Source: an uncultured bacterium
GTDB lineage: Bacteria > Babelota > Babeliae > Babelales > Vermiphilaceae
Direction of reading: 5' to 3'
DNA length: 64,000 nt
NCBI GenBank assembly: GCA_963701085.1
Contig: OY969561.1
Location: 896,001 to 960,000 of the forward strand
Shown: positions 41,963 through 52,600 of the stretch, in pieces
Layout of the letters: each line of letters starts with the position of its first letter
How positions within the stretch are numbered: the stretch's first letter is position 1
Notes under the pieces: model-generated
Databases searched by the model: none
The model's input: the letters and a program-made list of their open reading frames with translations, nothing else
Told to the model about the DNA's origin: nothing
Made by a program: the position numbers and the translations under genes

Positions 41963-42676
41963 TCAAGCAATGCCGATAACATGAGCAATAATAAGACCTA
42001 TATAAGAAATTAAATGTACTGATAACAACCGAAATAAAGGAGAAAAAAACAAAATAAGAAAAATCGGCAACCCGATTGTTATATACTGTGCATACTGAGC
42101 AATTTTATGATAATGATCTGCAAGGACAAAAAGAACATAATTACTGAAGTTAATAATAAAATACAACACACCAAGCACCACGTTAAGATACACAAATGCA
42201 AACACGATAAAGCCAATAGATACTATCAATGATGAAACATCGGGATACATGTTTGCGATAGGAAGATGTGATACATTATACGTCAAAACCATATACCGCA
42301 TCACCCCGATAATATTTACATCAAAAATAGCAAGCAATGCTATGATGCCAATTACACTCAACACAAAATGCATAAATGTATCACTTAAATATGCTGCTCC
42401 AAGTTTTAATGCGCGATGCGGCTCGGTAATCAGCAATGGATTAATGGGTACCATACGTCCCCATCCAAAATAGAAGCTAAAAAGAAAAAATAAACCAACA
42501 GGATCAATATGCACCATTGGATTCCAACTTGCATATCCCAAACGCATTCCCGTATCATCGCCCATCTCATAGGCAACCCACGTGCGAAACACGTTCGATA
42601 CGGTGATAACCACAAGATACGCAATAAAAAAACTAATAATGCCTATGAGCATTTCCGCAGTGTGTAATGTAATCAT
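41963..42676 (-). CDS. Site-2 protease (M50)-like membrane protein lacking HExxH
   Basis: WVAYEMGDDT...NPMVHIDPVG...FGWG.MVPINP. Confidence 0.75.
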   Translation of the reverse strand: MITLHTAEMLIGIISFFIAYLVVITVSNVFRTWVAYEMGDDTGMRLGYASWNPMVHIDPVGLFFLFSFYFGWGRMVPINPLLITEPHRALKLGAAYLSDTFMHFVLSVIGIIALLAIFDVNIIGVMRYMVLTYNVSHLPIANMYPDVSSLIVSIGFIVFAFVYLNVVLGVLYFIINFSNYVLFVLADHYHKIAQYAQYITIGLPIFLILFFSPLFRLLSVHLISYIGLIIAHVIGIA

Positions 42677-42816
42677 ATAATTATAAACTCATAAAAGTAG
42701 ATAGGAGTAACATAAAAAGTTTACCCCTATTTGACGTATGGGTCAAATTAGCACCTATTATCCAAAAAAATGAGCGCCTACTATAGTCAGTAGGCGCCCG
42801 TCATATGTACTATTGT

Positions 42817-43173
42817 TTATTGATTTTCTCTTGCCTTTATACGTCTATTCTCTTCTTTTGCAAGATCCCAATATTTATCAATAGTCTCGTCTATTTCCTG
42901 ATAAGTATAAGGTTTATTCCCGTAATATACTTCTTCAAATCCTTTAAGTCTTGCACGTACTTTGTTTAAGTATTTCGTATCTGGAAAAAAATTTTGAGAC
43001 TTTGGATCAAGAACGTCAGAAGTCATTTTGATTTCACGTTGTATCCATCTTTTAGTTTCTTCATTCAAATAAGGATTTACTGTTCGACGTTCCATTGCAG
43101 TTATTTGAACTGCTGCAAATAATGTGATTACCAGGGCTACGCCTGTGCTAAGATATTTTTTTGTGTTTTTCAT
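42817..43173 (-). CDS. Small secreted array-family protein, dispersed copy 8
   Basis: Same leader, motifs, promoter and terminator as the 22-27 kb array. Confidence 0.88.
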   Translation of the reverse strand: MKNTKKYLSTGVALVITLFAAVQITAMERRTVNPYLNEETKRWIQREIKMTSDVLDPKSQNFFPDTKYLNKVRARLKGFEEVYYGNKPYTYQEIDETIDKYWDLAKEENRRIKARENQ

Positions 43174-43470
43174 AAAAAAGCTCCTCTTTTTTGAAAATGA
43201 TACTATATCTATCACTTATAACACTATCTAATTCTGATTCAATTTGTCAATAAAAATTAAATAAATGTTGGAACTCTATGAAAATGTCACCTCTGAACTA
43301 TAGAAAAATATCACATTTGGATGGTGTAAATATAGGCAGTCGCCTTTTTATGGTAGGATATGGTAGGATGGGTTAAAACCTTCAAAATTTAACCTATAAA
43401 CCAAAAAAACTGGTAGAAAGAAATCACCTTCTTTACCCATTTTTCATATTTTTTAGGCAACAATAAGCTC

Positions 43471-43596
43471 TTAAATACCGAGTTTTTTAAAAAGTTCTTT
43501 AATATCTTTATATTCTGTAATACCCTTACCCTTTTCAGCATTTTTAATGGCCTTAAGAGTTTTTTTGTTAGGATACTTTCTTTTTTTTCTTTTCAT
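43471..43596 (-). CDS. 41-aa peptide resembling RelB/DinJ antitoxin C-terminus
   Basis: MKRKKRKYPNKKTLKAIKNAEKGKGITEYKDIKELFKKLGI, read directly (not in ORF track). Confidence 0.5.
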   Translation of the reverse strand: MKRKKRKYPNKKTLKAIKNAEKGKGITEYKDIKELFKKLGI

Positions 43597-43679
43597 ACCT
43601 AAAATCCATCATCTTGTCGAAGAACACAAACACTATATACTTATACATAAATTACTATGTTTTTTAAATCAGAGTCACC

Positions 43680-46178
43680 ATGGAAAAAAGATACGACCAT
43701 CAATTATGTGAAGCGGCGGCGCAACAAAAATGGGAAACGGATAAAACCTATGCAATGGAAAACAATCCAGGACCATTATACAGCATAGATACCCCCCCTC
43801 CAACAGTTTCTGGGACACTGCACATTGGTCATATATTTTCTTATACACAAACCGATATCATTGCCCGCTACAAACGCATAAACGGTTACTCTGTTTTTTA
43901 TCCCTTTGGATTTGATGATAACGGCCTTCCAACAGAACGTTATGTGGAAAAAAAACGCAATGTTCGCGGGCATGAAATGTCCCGTTCAGAATTTATCAGC
44001 TCTATGCATCCAAGAATCTCATGAAGCCGCTGAAATATTTAAAAAATTATGGCAAAAAATGGGACTTTCTGCTGATTGGAGTGAGACATATTCAACCATA
44101 TCAGATGATTCCCGCAAAATATCGCAAGAATCATTCATTGAACTGTTTAATAAAAATTATATCTACCGCAAACAAGAACCAGCTTTATATTGCACAACCT
44201 GCCGCACATCCGTTGCACAAGCAGAACTTGATGATTTGCAAGACTTACCATCATTTTTCAACGGATATTATTTTTAAAGATAGTGATGGCAATGATCTGA
44301 TTATCGCAACAACACGCCCTGAACTACTTCCTGCATGCGTTGCAGTACTCTATAACCCTGATGATGTTCGTTACACACATTTACATGGTAAAAAAGCAAT
44401 TGTGCCTCTTTTTGGTCAAACTGTGCCTTTTATTACCTGATGATTTAGTTGCAATCGATAAAGGCAGCGGCCTTGTGATGGTGTGTACCTTTGGTGATAA
44501 AACAGACATCATTTGGTACAAAAAACACAACTTACCCTATCGCCATGTTATTGGTCTTCGATGGCAAATGCACTGATAATGCTGGTTTTTTACAAGGTCT
44601 TAAAGTTGCAGATGCACGTGTAAAGGTTATTGAAACATTACGTGAACAAAATCTTTTACCACGGCAACAACCAATTACGCATTCAGTTAACGTTCATGAA
44701 CGGTGCAAAAAAGAAATTGAATACACTATTTTGCCACAATGGTTTAGTCAGTATTTTACCATACAAAGACAAATTTTTAGAAATGGCTGACAGCATCAAT
44801 TGGTACCCAACATTTATGAAATCTCGCTACAATGATTGGGTAGAAAATTTAGCATGGGATTGGGGAATATCTCGCCAACGCTTTTATGGCATTCCATTCC
44901 CTGCATGGCACTGCCAAGATTGCGGCAAAATCTTACTTGCGCATCCTTAATCAACTGCCTGTTGATCCACAAGAAACACCGCATTCCGGCCCTTGCCCTG
45001 ATTGCGGTAAAAGCAATATCAAACCTGATACTGATGTTATGGATACATGGAATACATCATCATTAACGCCGTACATTTGTTATGACGTCTTTCAAAAAAT
45101 TAATAAAGTTCGTCTTACAAGTCCTTTCGAAGAAGACGCCCTGCGTAGCTGGGGCTCAAATGTCCATGCGCCCACAAGCACATGATATCATCCGCACCTG
45201 GGCATTCGATACCATCGTAAAATCATGGATGCACAACGGAATCGCTCCATGGAAAGATATTGTTATTTCTGGTCACGTGCTCGCTGATAGTAAAGAGAAA
45301 CTTTCAAAATCAAAAAGCAATGCGAGGCATGGATCCGGTGACTTATTACTCCAACAATATCCTGCCGATGCAATTAGATACTGGACAACTTCAGGAAGAC
45401 TTGGTCAAGACATGATGTTCTCAGAAGAACAACTTAAAATTGGCCAAAAATTAATCACCAAGATGTGGAATGTTTTTCTTTTTGCACAACCACACTTGGT
45501 AAATTTTGTAAAACACCGCATACTACACCTAATCAAATTGGCGCGATTAACAAATGGCTCTTGCACACGATCTCTGCATGCTTTGAAAAATATCAGCAAT
45601 ACCTTGAACAACATGAATTTGGTTTAGCGCTCAACATGATCGAACAATTTTTCTGGAGCAACTTCTGCGACAATTACCTTGAACTGATTAAAAATCAATT
45701 ATTTAATCCTGAACAATATAAAGCTGAATGGAAGTGGAAGCAACGCGTTGGACATTGTACCATGCAGGATTGCGCATACTGCAACTGTATTCACCATATT
45801 TGCCGCATATCACGGAAACAATCTATCATGAACTATATGCGCAACATGAAGCCCTACAATCTATTCATCAAACACGTTACCAGGATGTACAAACTCCGTA
45901 TGTATTTGCAGCTGAAGCAGAAATTATTAATGCCGTTATCGCAATTGCAACACAGGTACGTAAATTAAAATCAGAAAAACAACTATCACTCAAAACACCG
46001 CTGACCACCATGAATGTTTTTACTCAAACACAATCAGTGACAATCAACAATTGAACAACATGATCAGTTGATCCGTGGCATTACGCAGGCAGTGTCTGTT
46101 GTCGATGCAGCTCATAGTGGCCAAATTTCACGCTTCACCGAAAAAGATGGCGCATGGCATGCTGAGGTGGTGCTCTGA
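43680..46178 (+). CDS. valS: Valyl-tRNA synthetase (archaeal/Rickettsia-like type), multiple frameshifts
   Basis: [57 protein letters not shown]. Confidence 0.92.
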
Positions 46179-46183
46179 GTAAT

Positions 46184-46315
46184 CCTTCGACACATCCTTC
46201 GCATAAAGCTTCGGGGACACTCAGGATGAGCGGCTAGAGAGTAAAATTCAATATTTTTATAAAATTTATTTACTCCTTCGCTCGTCCTGAGTGCCCCGCA
46301 GGGGTGTATCGAAGG
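46184..46315. repeat. Paired inverted REP-like arms after valS stop
   Basis: CCTTCGACACA[hairpin]CACTCAGGATGAGCGG ... CGCTCGTCCTGAGTGCCCCGCAGGGGTGTATCGAAGG. Confidence 0.88.
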
Positions 46316-46398
46316 ATAAAAAGCCTTTATATAGCTTGTTTTTTTTACAATTTCAGGCATACTAAAAAATAAAGTCCTCAATTAAAAATAGAGAGATT

Positions 46399-46895
46399 AT
46401 GCAATGGTTAATATAAACAATGAAGAATGCACCACAATCTAAAATAGAACAATCCGAGAAAGATGCCCAAAAAGTCTTATCTCATGGGATATGGGGATTT
46501 TGATTTGGGTATTTTATTAACCGATAATCAAGCAATTCAGTGTTTTAACCGTGATTTCCGCAGCAAAGATGAACCAACTGATATTTTATCATTCCCCTTT
46601 CATACAGACTTAAACCAGGAGAACAATGACTGTTGAAACTGAAGATGATAAAAATGTGGGCGATCTGATTATCTCACTTGAATATATTAAAGACCTCTGC
46701 GAACAAGAGAATAAAACAATTAATGAACATCTGCGCACATTGTTGTGCCACGGCATCTGCCATCTTCTTGGATATGACCACTACACAGAAAGTACTGACA
46801 AAGTCATGAAAGAAAAAGAAACATGGCTTGCTGCAAAATTGATAGAAGAAATGAATCCATCAATCAGTTTTTTATATTTCTATGTACGCTGTTAA
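46399..46895 (+). CDS. ybeY: rRNA maturation RNase YbeY (frameshifted)
   Basis: NRDFRSKDEPTDILSFP upstream; HGICHLLGYDH. Confidence 0.85.
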
Positions 46896-46947
46896 TGACA
46901 ATAAGTTCACTTAGTTCTTTTGGTATAGAAATAGAGATTGTATATGA

Positions 46948-47283
46948 ATGGATTCTGGAGATATATCAATAAAAAATTTTGCCATAACTCCACCACAGTT
47001 AGATAACGATGACTCATTTTCTGATGTAGCATTATATGAAGCTGCCATTATAACAAAAGCAACAGCCAAACAAATAATGCTTGTTTCCAATAAAGATCCT
47101 GAAAAAATTGCTTTACTGAATAAACAACTTAATGCTCTTATCGATACAAACAATGTTATTGATTTAAAAATCAATAAAGAAAAAGATAAAAAAAGGCAAC
47201 TTGCCCTTGCAACTCATGAAGAAAAAACTATAGCAAAAAACAAATTATCCCAATTTTTACAAAAAAATAACAAGGAAATTTGA
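46948..47283 (+). CDS. Hypothetical protein (true start may be upstream)
   Basis: 111-aa ORF in operon-like run. Confidence 0.4.
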   Translation: MDSGDISIKNFAITPPQLDNDDSFSDVALYEAAIITKATAKQIMLVSNKDPEKIALLNKQLNALIDTNNVIDLKINKEKDKKRQLALATHEEKTIAKNKLSQFLQKNNKEI

Positions 47284-47822
47284 TGATCAAAAATATGCAT
47301 AAAAAATCCTTAACTGTGTTGTGTTTATGTTTTTCTCTCTATCCTACTATCTTTTCTATGAAAACAATGGATGATTTTAAAACTGCTCTTAACAAGTCCG
47401 ATAAAAATTTAAATGAACTCATTAAATTAGCGGATGAATTATCAAAAGATAAAAAAAATTATCACAAAATTGCTCTATTAGTTCATCCAGACAAAGCACA
47501 GCTAGAAGAAAAAAAGGTATTCGAAGAAATATGTAAGGCTGCAAATAATAGCAACGAACAAGCAAATATAGCAATATCAATCACCAAGTCAGCAACTGCT
47601 GAAGATATAGAACGAGTCAAATTTCTTGATCAAGCAGATAATATTAAAAATGAAATCGAACAATTAAATACATTTCCTAGGAAAACGGTTCTACTAATAA
47701 ATCTTGCAAGTCAAATAAAACAAGAAATATCTCATTCTTTTATTGATCAAACAGTTGATGCATCATTCGGATTAATTTTAAAAAAACTAACTCCTGGCGC
47801 CATAAATAATATAGAATTTTAA
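47280..47822 (+). CDS. Secreted protein with J-domain-like HPD segment (may continue via frameshift)
   Basis: Signal ending IFS-M; KKNYHKIALLVHPDK..EEKKVFEEI. Confidence 0.6.
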   Translation: MMIKNMHKKSLTVLCLCFSLYPTIFSMKTMDDFKTALNKSDKNLNELIKLADELSKDKKNYHKIALLVHPDKAQLEEKKVFEEICKAANNSNEQANIAISITKSATAEDIERVKFLDQADNIKNEIEQLNTFPRKTVLLINLASQIKQEISHSFIDQTVDASFGLILKKLTPGAINNIEF

Positions 47823-47972
47823 AAATATTATATGATATAAAAGATCGATCTTCAAAAATGGATGATGCACTCACCATGCATGCTGAACATAGAAAAGACT
47901 TACAAAAAACAACTGCTAAAAATTATACTAACGCTCAAAAGAAATTACAGTCCCATCTTAAGAAAGAAAAAA

Positions 47973-48551
47973 ATGATCACCAAAAAAAGACTTTATTCAT
48001 TATCTATAATAGCTATTTTTTCAACTGCAGCTCTACATTCTATGGATCATCCCGAAGATAATCAAAAACAACCTGCTCGAGAAAAAACTCCACAAGAAGA
48101 ATTATATGAAGCACAAAAATATTTTTATGAACAAAAAGCGGCATCAAATAAAGCAATGCAAGATCTTCAGGAAAAAATACATGGTATTCCTGGCCATACG
48201 CAAAGAGCAGTAATTACCAAAGCTATAGACCTAGCTGGTACATGGACTGATCGTGGTATTACCACTGCATTCAATGAAATCAGAAAAAATAATGGATGGC
48301 TTACAGAAGAAGAAGAGATAGCTCTACAAATTCATAGAGAATTGCGTATAGCAAAAGAAAAAGAGAATATCTTAACGGAATCTACTACCGCAACTAAAAA
48401 AGCTGAAGAAATTTATTATAATAGTCAAACACTTAACGCAGAAATTGATGCTGCAATAAAACTGTGCCAAGGTAGAGCCTCAAGCGATACCCAATGTCGC
48501 GAGCTTACTGAAGAGTTATTTAAAAAATTAAAAGAACAAACAAAAAAATAG
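47973..48551 (+). CDS. Secreted coiled-coil hypothetical protein
   Basis: Signal ending LHS-MD; start placed at ATG 47973. Confidence 0.6.
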   Translation: MITKKRLYSLSIIAIFSTAALHSMDHPEDNQKQPAREKTPQEELYEAQKYFYEQKAASNKAMQDLQEKIHGIPGHTQRAVITKAIDLAGTWTDRGITTAFNEIRKNNGWLTEEEEIALQIHRELRIAKEKENILTESTTATKKAEEIYYNSQTLNAEIDAAIKLCQGRASSDTQCRELTEELFKKLKEQTKK

Positions 48552-48629
48552 ATCCCTCCCAAAAATAATACAAAAAAAAGAGCTCAGAATAACTCTGGAC
48601 TCTTTTTTTTTGTTTCCACCATTCGACGA

Positions 48630-49239
48630 TTACATCTGCTTTGATAAATAAGAAAGCGCTTGTCGCAACAAAAGATCAAACGTAACCAGCTCCCCTTTAA
48701 TACTCTTTTTTAAATAATCCATTGCACGTCCAATTTCCGGCCGAGAGTAATTTAATGATTGCAATGCAAGACTAACATCATGAAAGTGCGATACATCTTT
48801 TATATCACCAACATCAACAGTGCCAGACTCAATGAGTGTGGCAACTTTGTGTTTTAATGAAACAATAATTTGCTCCGCCTTTTTTTTACCAATGCCATTA
48901 ACTTTACTGAGCATCTGATCATCGCCGGTTGAAATTGCTTGCAAAAACCCCTGCGCCCCCCAGATCAGCCAAAATCGCCAAACCTATCTTAGGGCCAATG
49001 CCAGAACAGCTAATAATTACCTGAAAAATTGATCTATCCAACGGCTTTGCAAAACCAAAAAGACTCGGGCCATTTTCAGCATTCCAGTGCAGATAACTAT
49101 ACACTTTACTGGAAACACCTATCTCAAAACCCTGCACATTTGGCACCTGCAAAGAAATGCCTATCATGCCCACATCAAGAATAATTGTCTGATCCTGAGC
49201 CTCTTTTACTACCCCTACAAAATAATCTACCATAATCAT
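48630..49239 (-). CDS. ruvA: Holliday junction DNA-binding protein RuvA (frameshift near 48945)
   Basis: LFGF, SGIGPKIG, VNGIGKKKAEQI, ALQSLNY. Confidence 0.92.
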
Positions 49240-49387
49240 TATTCCCTACGTAATACAATAGAATCTTAAAGGTATCAAAAAAAGCGCTATCTAAGCAAAT
49301 AAATACCATCATTTATTGTTGACAAAAACTACACTCATGGTACCTTATCAATGTACTCTTACATTTTTGTAAAAGTCAGTTCTACAA

Positions 49388-49462
49388 GCGGGAATAGCTT
49401 AGCGGTAGAGCGTTGCCTTGCCAAGGCAAAGGTCGCGGGTTCAAATCCCGTTTCCCGCTCCA
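49388..49462 (+). tRNA. tRNA-Gly(GCC)
   Basis: GCGGGAA/TTCCCGC acceptor stem, anticodon loop TTGCCAA, GGTTCAAATCC, encoded CCA. Confidence 0.97.
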
Positions 49463-49505
49463 AAATTTTATCCTTTTTTTTATCTATCCACACAAGGTTA
49501 CCTTC

Positions 49506-50229
49506 ATGAAATCGATCATTGAACAAGCATCATCAATAATAAAAGCTATTGAAAAAGCATGGAATCAAGCAGAAAAACCAAAAGAATTTTCAATCAAAGT
49601 CTTTGAACAAGAAGAAAGAAACTTTTTTGGCATGGCTACCAAGCCAGCCAAAATTGGTATTTTTTTTAGTGACAAGCCTGTTATTTATGAAAAACCTACA
49701 TCAAGACCTCGTCAAGAGATAAAAGAATGTCGCCCCTCCTTTACTAAGACTGAAAACAAACCTGTTGTAAAACCAGCACCACAACCTGCACACAAAGCGC
49801 AGCCAACTCAACATAAGCCTTCTGCACCGCAGACAAAACCTGATACAGTTCAACAACGCACTTCCTCCTTCGCCAAGGCTACGGCGGACAGGTCAGACAA
49901 GGCAAAAACCCACGGAACAAACTCACGTAGCGGCTCCTCAAGCGGAAAAGGCACAGCGAATACCTACTACATGGAATGATACAATGATCGCTGCAACACA
50001 CAATTGGCTCAAAAAAACATTATCCCTCATGGGTTTAGGATCTATTGATTTCAGCTCAGAAATTGCTGGCAAAAATTTAAAGCTTACCTTTAATACGCCA
50101 TTAGTTGCTGACCCAATGCATGAAAAACAACTATTTCGCAGCTTTGCGCACTTGATTATGTCTTCTTTGCGCAATCAATACAAACAAGAAATTAAGGATC
50201 TTAAAGTGATCCTGATTCGCCCCGAGTAA
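49506..50229 (+). CDS. Jag_N-domain protein, frameshifted near 49950
   Basis: SIIKAIEKA...FFGMATKPAKI; directly upstream of mnmE. Confidence 0.65.
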
Positions 50230-50243
50230 ATTAAAAGTATCTC

Positions 50244-51623
50244 ATGCTATATTCTACCTCAAATGATGTTATTATCGCGCAATGCACGCCACAAGGCAGT
50301 GGTGCTATTGCTTTATTACGATTATCCGGTGACAATGCTTTTGCAATTGCTGAAAAAATAAGCAAACTCCCTGGCAACAAAACAATAAGTACCCAGCCAA
50401 CACATACTATTCATTATGGATGGGTAGTTGATAACAATGGCACGCATATTGATCAAGTACTTTTTTTATTAATGCGCGCTCCGCATACATTTACCGGTGA
50501 CGATACGGTGGAAATCACCTGCCACAACAACCCTTTTATTATCCAAAACATTATCCAAGTAGCCCTGCTTGCAGGCGCACGCCTTGCACAAGAAGGTGAA
50601 TTTTCTCGCCGTGCTGTAGGGAACAATAAAATTGATATTGTTCAAGCAGAAGCCATAAATGATCTTATTCATGCAAATACACAGCTTGCTCTGAAACAAT
50701 CACTATCACAACTTGAAGGCAGTTTTTCTCACTGGGTTACAACCATAGAAAAACAACTTATTAAAGCTCTAGCTCTATCAGATGCAAGCTTTGAGTTTCT
50801 TGATGAAGAAAATATGGAATTCAATCTCCAAATCAAAGAAATTATTGATTCAGTAATAACAACCATCAGTACACTCAAAAGTACATTTAATCAGCAACAA
50901 CAGATTAGAAATGGTATCCGTATTGCTATTATCGGGTCAGTCAATGCAGGAAAATCATCATTATTTAATGCACTACTCAATCAAGAACGGGCAATTGTCA
51001 CCAATATTGCCGGCACCACGCGTGATGCCATTGAAGCTGGTCTTTATAAAAATGGTAATTACTGGACCCTCATTGATACCGCCGGCCTGCGCACAACTGA
51101 TAATATTATTGAACAAATGGGTATCACACGATCCCACGAGCAAGCTCATAAAGCTGATATCATCCTACTCGTATTTGATGGGTCACAGCAGCTATCTGGT
51201 GCTGAATGCACCGTGTATCAGAATTTACTCGATACATACACAGATAAAATTATTATTGTCATTAACAAAACAGACCTACCTCAACAAGCTCATCAATTAA
51301 TAAGCAATAGAACAACTTATTCCGCATGCACCACTGATAAAAACAGCATCAAGGCGATTGAATCAGCGGTCCAAGACAAAATAAACTCATTGTTTGCATC
51401 TATTGGATCACCGTTCCTTCTTAATCAACGCCACTACAATAACTTACTTTCCCTTGAAAGCGGACTAACAGCAACTGTAAGCCTGCTTGGCGAAAAAACA
51501 AGCTATGAACTCGTCTCCTATCACCTCCAAGATGCTCTGACCTGCCTATCCGAACTAACCGGCAAAACAATCAGCGAAGCGGGTATGGATGCTGTTTTCC
51601 GTGAATTCTGCGTTGGTAAATAA
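50244..51623 (+). CDS. mnmE: tRNA modification GTPase MnmE
   Basis: FTGDDTVEI, NAGKSSLFN, AGTTRD, DTAG, FCVGK. Confidence 0.97.
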   Translation: MLYSTSNDVIIAQCTPQGSGAIALLRLSGDNAFAIAEKISKLPGNKTISTQPTHTIHYGWVVDNNGTHIDQVLFLLMRAPHTFTGDDTVEITCHNNPFIIQNIIQVALLAGARLAQEGEFSRRAVGNNKIDIVQAEAINDLIHANTQLALKQSLSQLEGSFSHWVTTIEKQLIKALALSDASFEFLDEENMEFNLQIKEIIDSVITTISTLKSTFNQQQQIRNGIRIAIIGSVNAGKSSLFNALLNQERAIVTNIAGTTRDAIEAGLYKNGNYWTLIDTAGLRTTDNIIEQMGITRSHEQAHKADIILLVFDGSQQLSGAECTVYQNLLDTYTDKIIIVINKTDLPQQAHQLISNRTTYSACTTDKNSIKAIESAVQDKINSLFASIGSPFLLNQRHYNNLLSLESGLTATVSLLGEKTSYELVSYHLQDALTCLSELTGKTISEAGMDAVFREFCVGK

Positions 51624-51727
51624 CATATCCAAAAAGAAATTATTCATAAAACTATTTCAATTGCTTATGCCAATATGATATATTTTACATAGAGAGACAA
51701 TATAGTTTAAAAACGAAGGATGATGAA

Positions 51728-52579
51728 ATGCTAAGTACAAAAAAGTTTTTTATACCATTACTAATCGCACTCAATATAATATCCATACGCAATATAACGT
51801 GCATGGAGAGTATCCAGACTTTTGACCTGGATACATATCGTTGTAAATCAGCTTCAGTAACACCAGTCTATACCCATAAGGACAAGCTCTGTGTCATCCC
51901 AACAAGGGAAGCTGAAGGTAAAGATCAAAAAAAGGGTGGTAAAAAATATACCTACGATGATTTTAGTGGTGGTAGCGAAAAAAAAGACACAAATCCATTA
52001 GCATCTGCTGCGCGAGAATTTTGGGAAGAAGCTATGTTACAAGAAACACTTGGATGGAACGTAGAAGACACAGAAAATTTTATAAAAGAAAATACATTAT
52101 ATGCTATTGCATATACAAAGGATCCAAATCCACATAACCCAAAAAGTAGAGACGTGAGAAACGTTACCTATATTGTCAATTTTGATAAATACGCGGACAA
52201 ATTATTTGCCAATTTTTATGATGCACGAAAAAGTGAACAAGCACGTTATAAAAAACTCGGCACAAGAAGAAAGCACCAACATACTACGGAAAAAGATAAG
52301 ATTGCTTCAATCTTGTGGGATGATTTAAAAGAAGCATCCATTACCAATAAAAAAACTATATGGGCTGCTGTTAAAGATCCACAAACAAAACGTTTTAAAA
52401 AAGAACAAGTTACGTTGAGACCATTTTTCCCATCAAAGTTACGTCCATTCTTCCTTGATATGCCATATGAACAAGGTGCAAATGATAACATAAGACATTA
52501 TCATGCGCGTCTAAGAGAAGTATACACATTTTCTTCTTCTTCAGAGGAATGCACCTGTTCTTCATCAGAGGAAATATAA
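51728..52579 (+). CDS. Secreted Nudix hydrolase-like protein
   Basis: Signal peptide; FSGGSEKKD...AAREFWEEA. Confidence 0.75.
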   Translation: MLSTKKFFIPLLIALNIISIRNITCMESIQTFDLDTYRCKSASVTPVYTHKDKLCVIPTREAEGKDQKKGGKKYTYDDFSGGSEKKDTNPLASAAREFWEEAMLQETLGWNVEDTENFIKENTLYAIAYTKDPNPHNPKSRDVRNVTYIVNFDKYADKLFANFYDARKSEQARYKKLGTRRKHQHTTEKDKIASILWDDLKEASITNKKTIWAAVKDPQTKRFKKEQVTLRPFFPSKLRPFFLDMPYEQGANDNIRHYHARLREVYTFSSSSEECTCSSSEEI

Positions 52580-52600
52580 AAAAACAAAAGGGAGTGTACC

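Noticed and set aside
45121-45157. Possible palindrome insert in valS (CCCTGCGTAGCTGGGG)
   Set aside because: Match is short and lies in an error-rich region; cannot be supported
49388-49462. tRNA-Gly as island integration site
   Set aside because: No duplicate of its 3' end seen in the window and core genes follow directly
49413-49505. N-terminal extension of the Jag-like ORF
   Set aside because: Overlaps tRNA-Gly; the real start is ATG 49506
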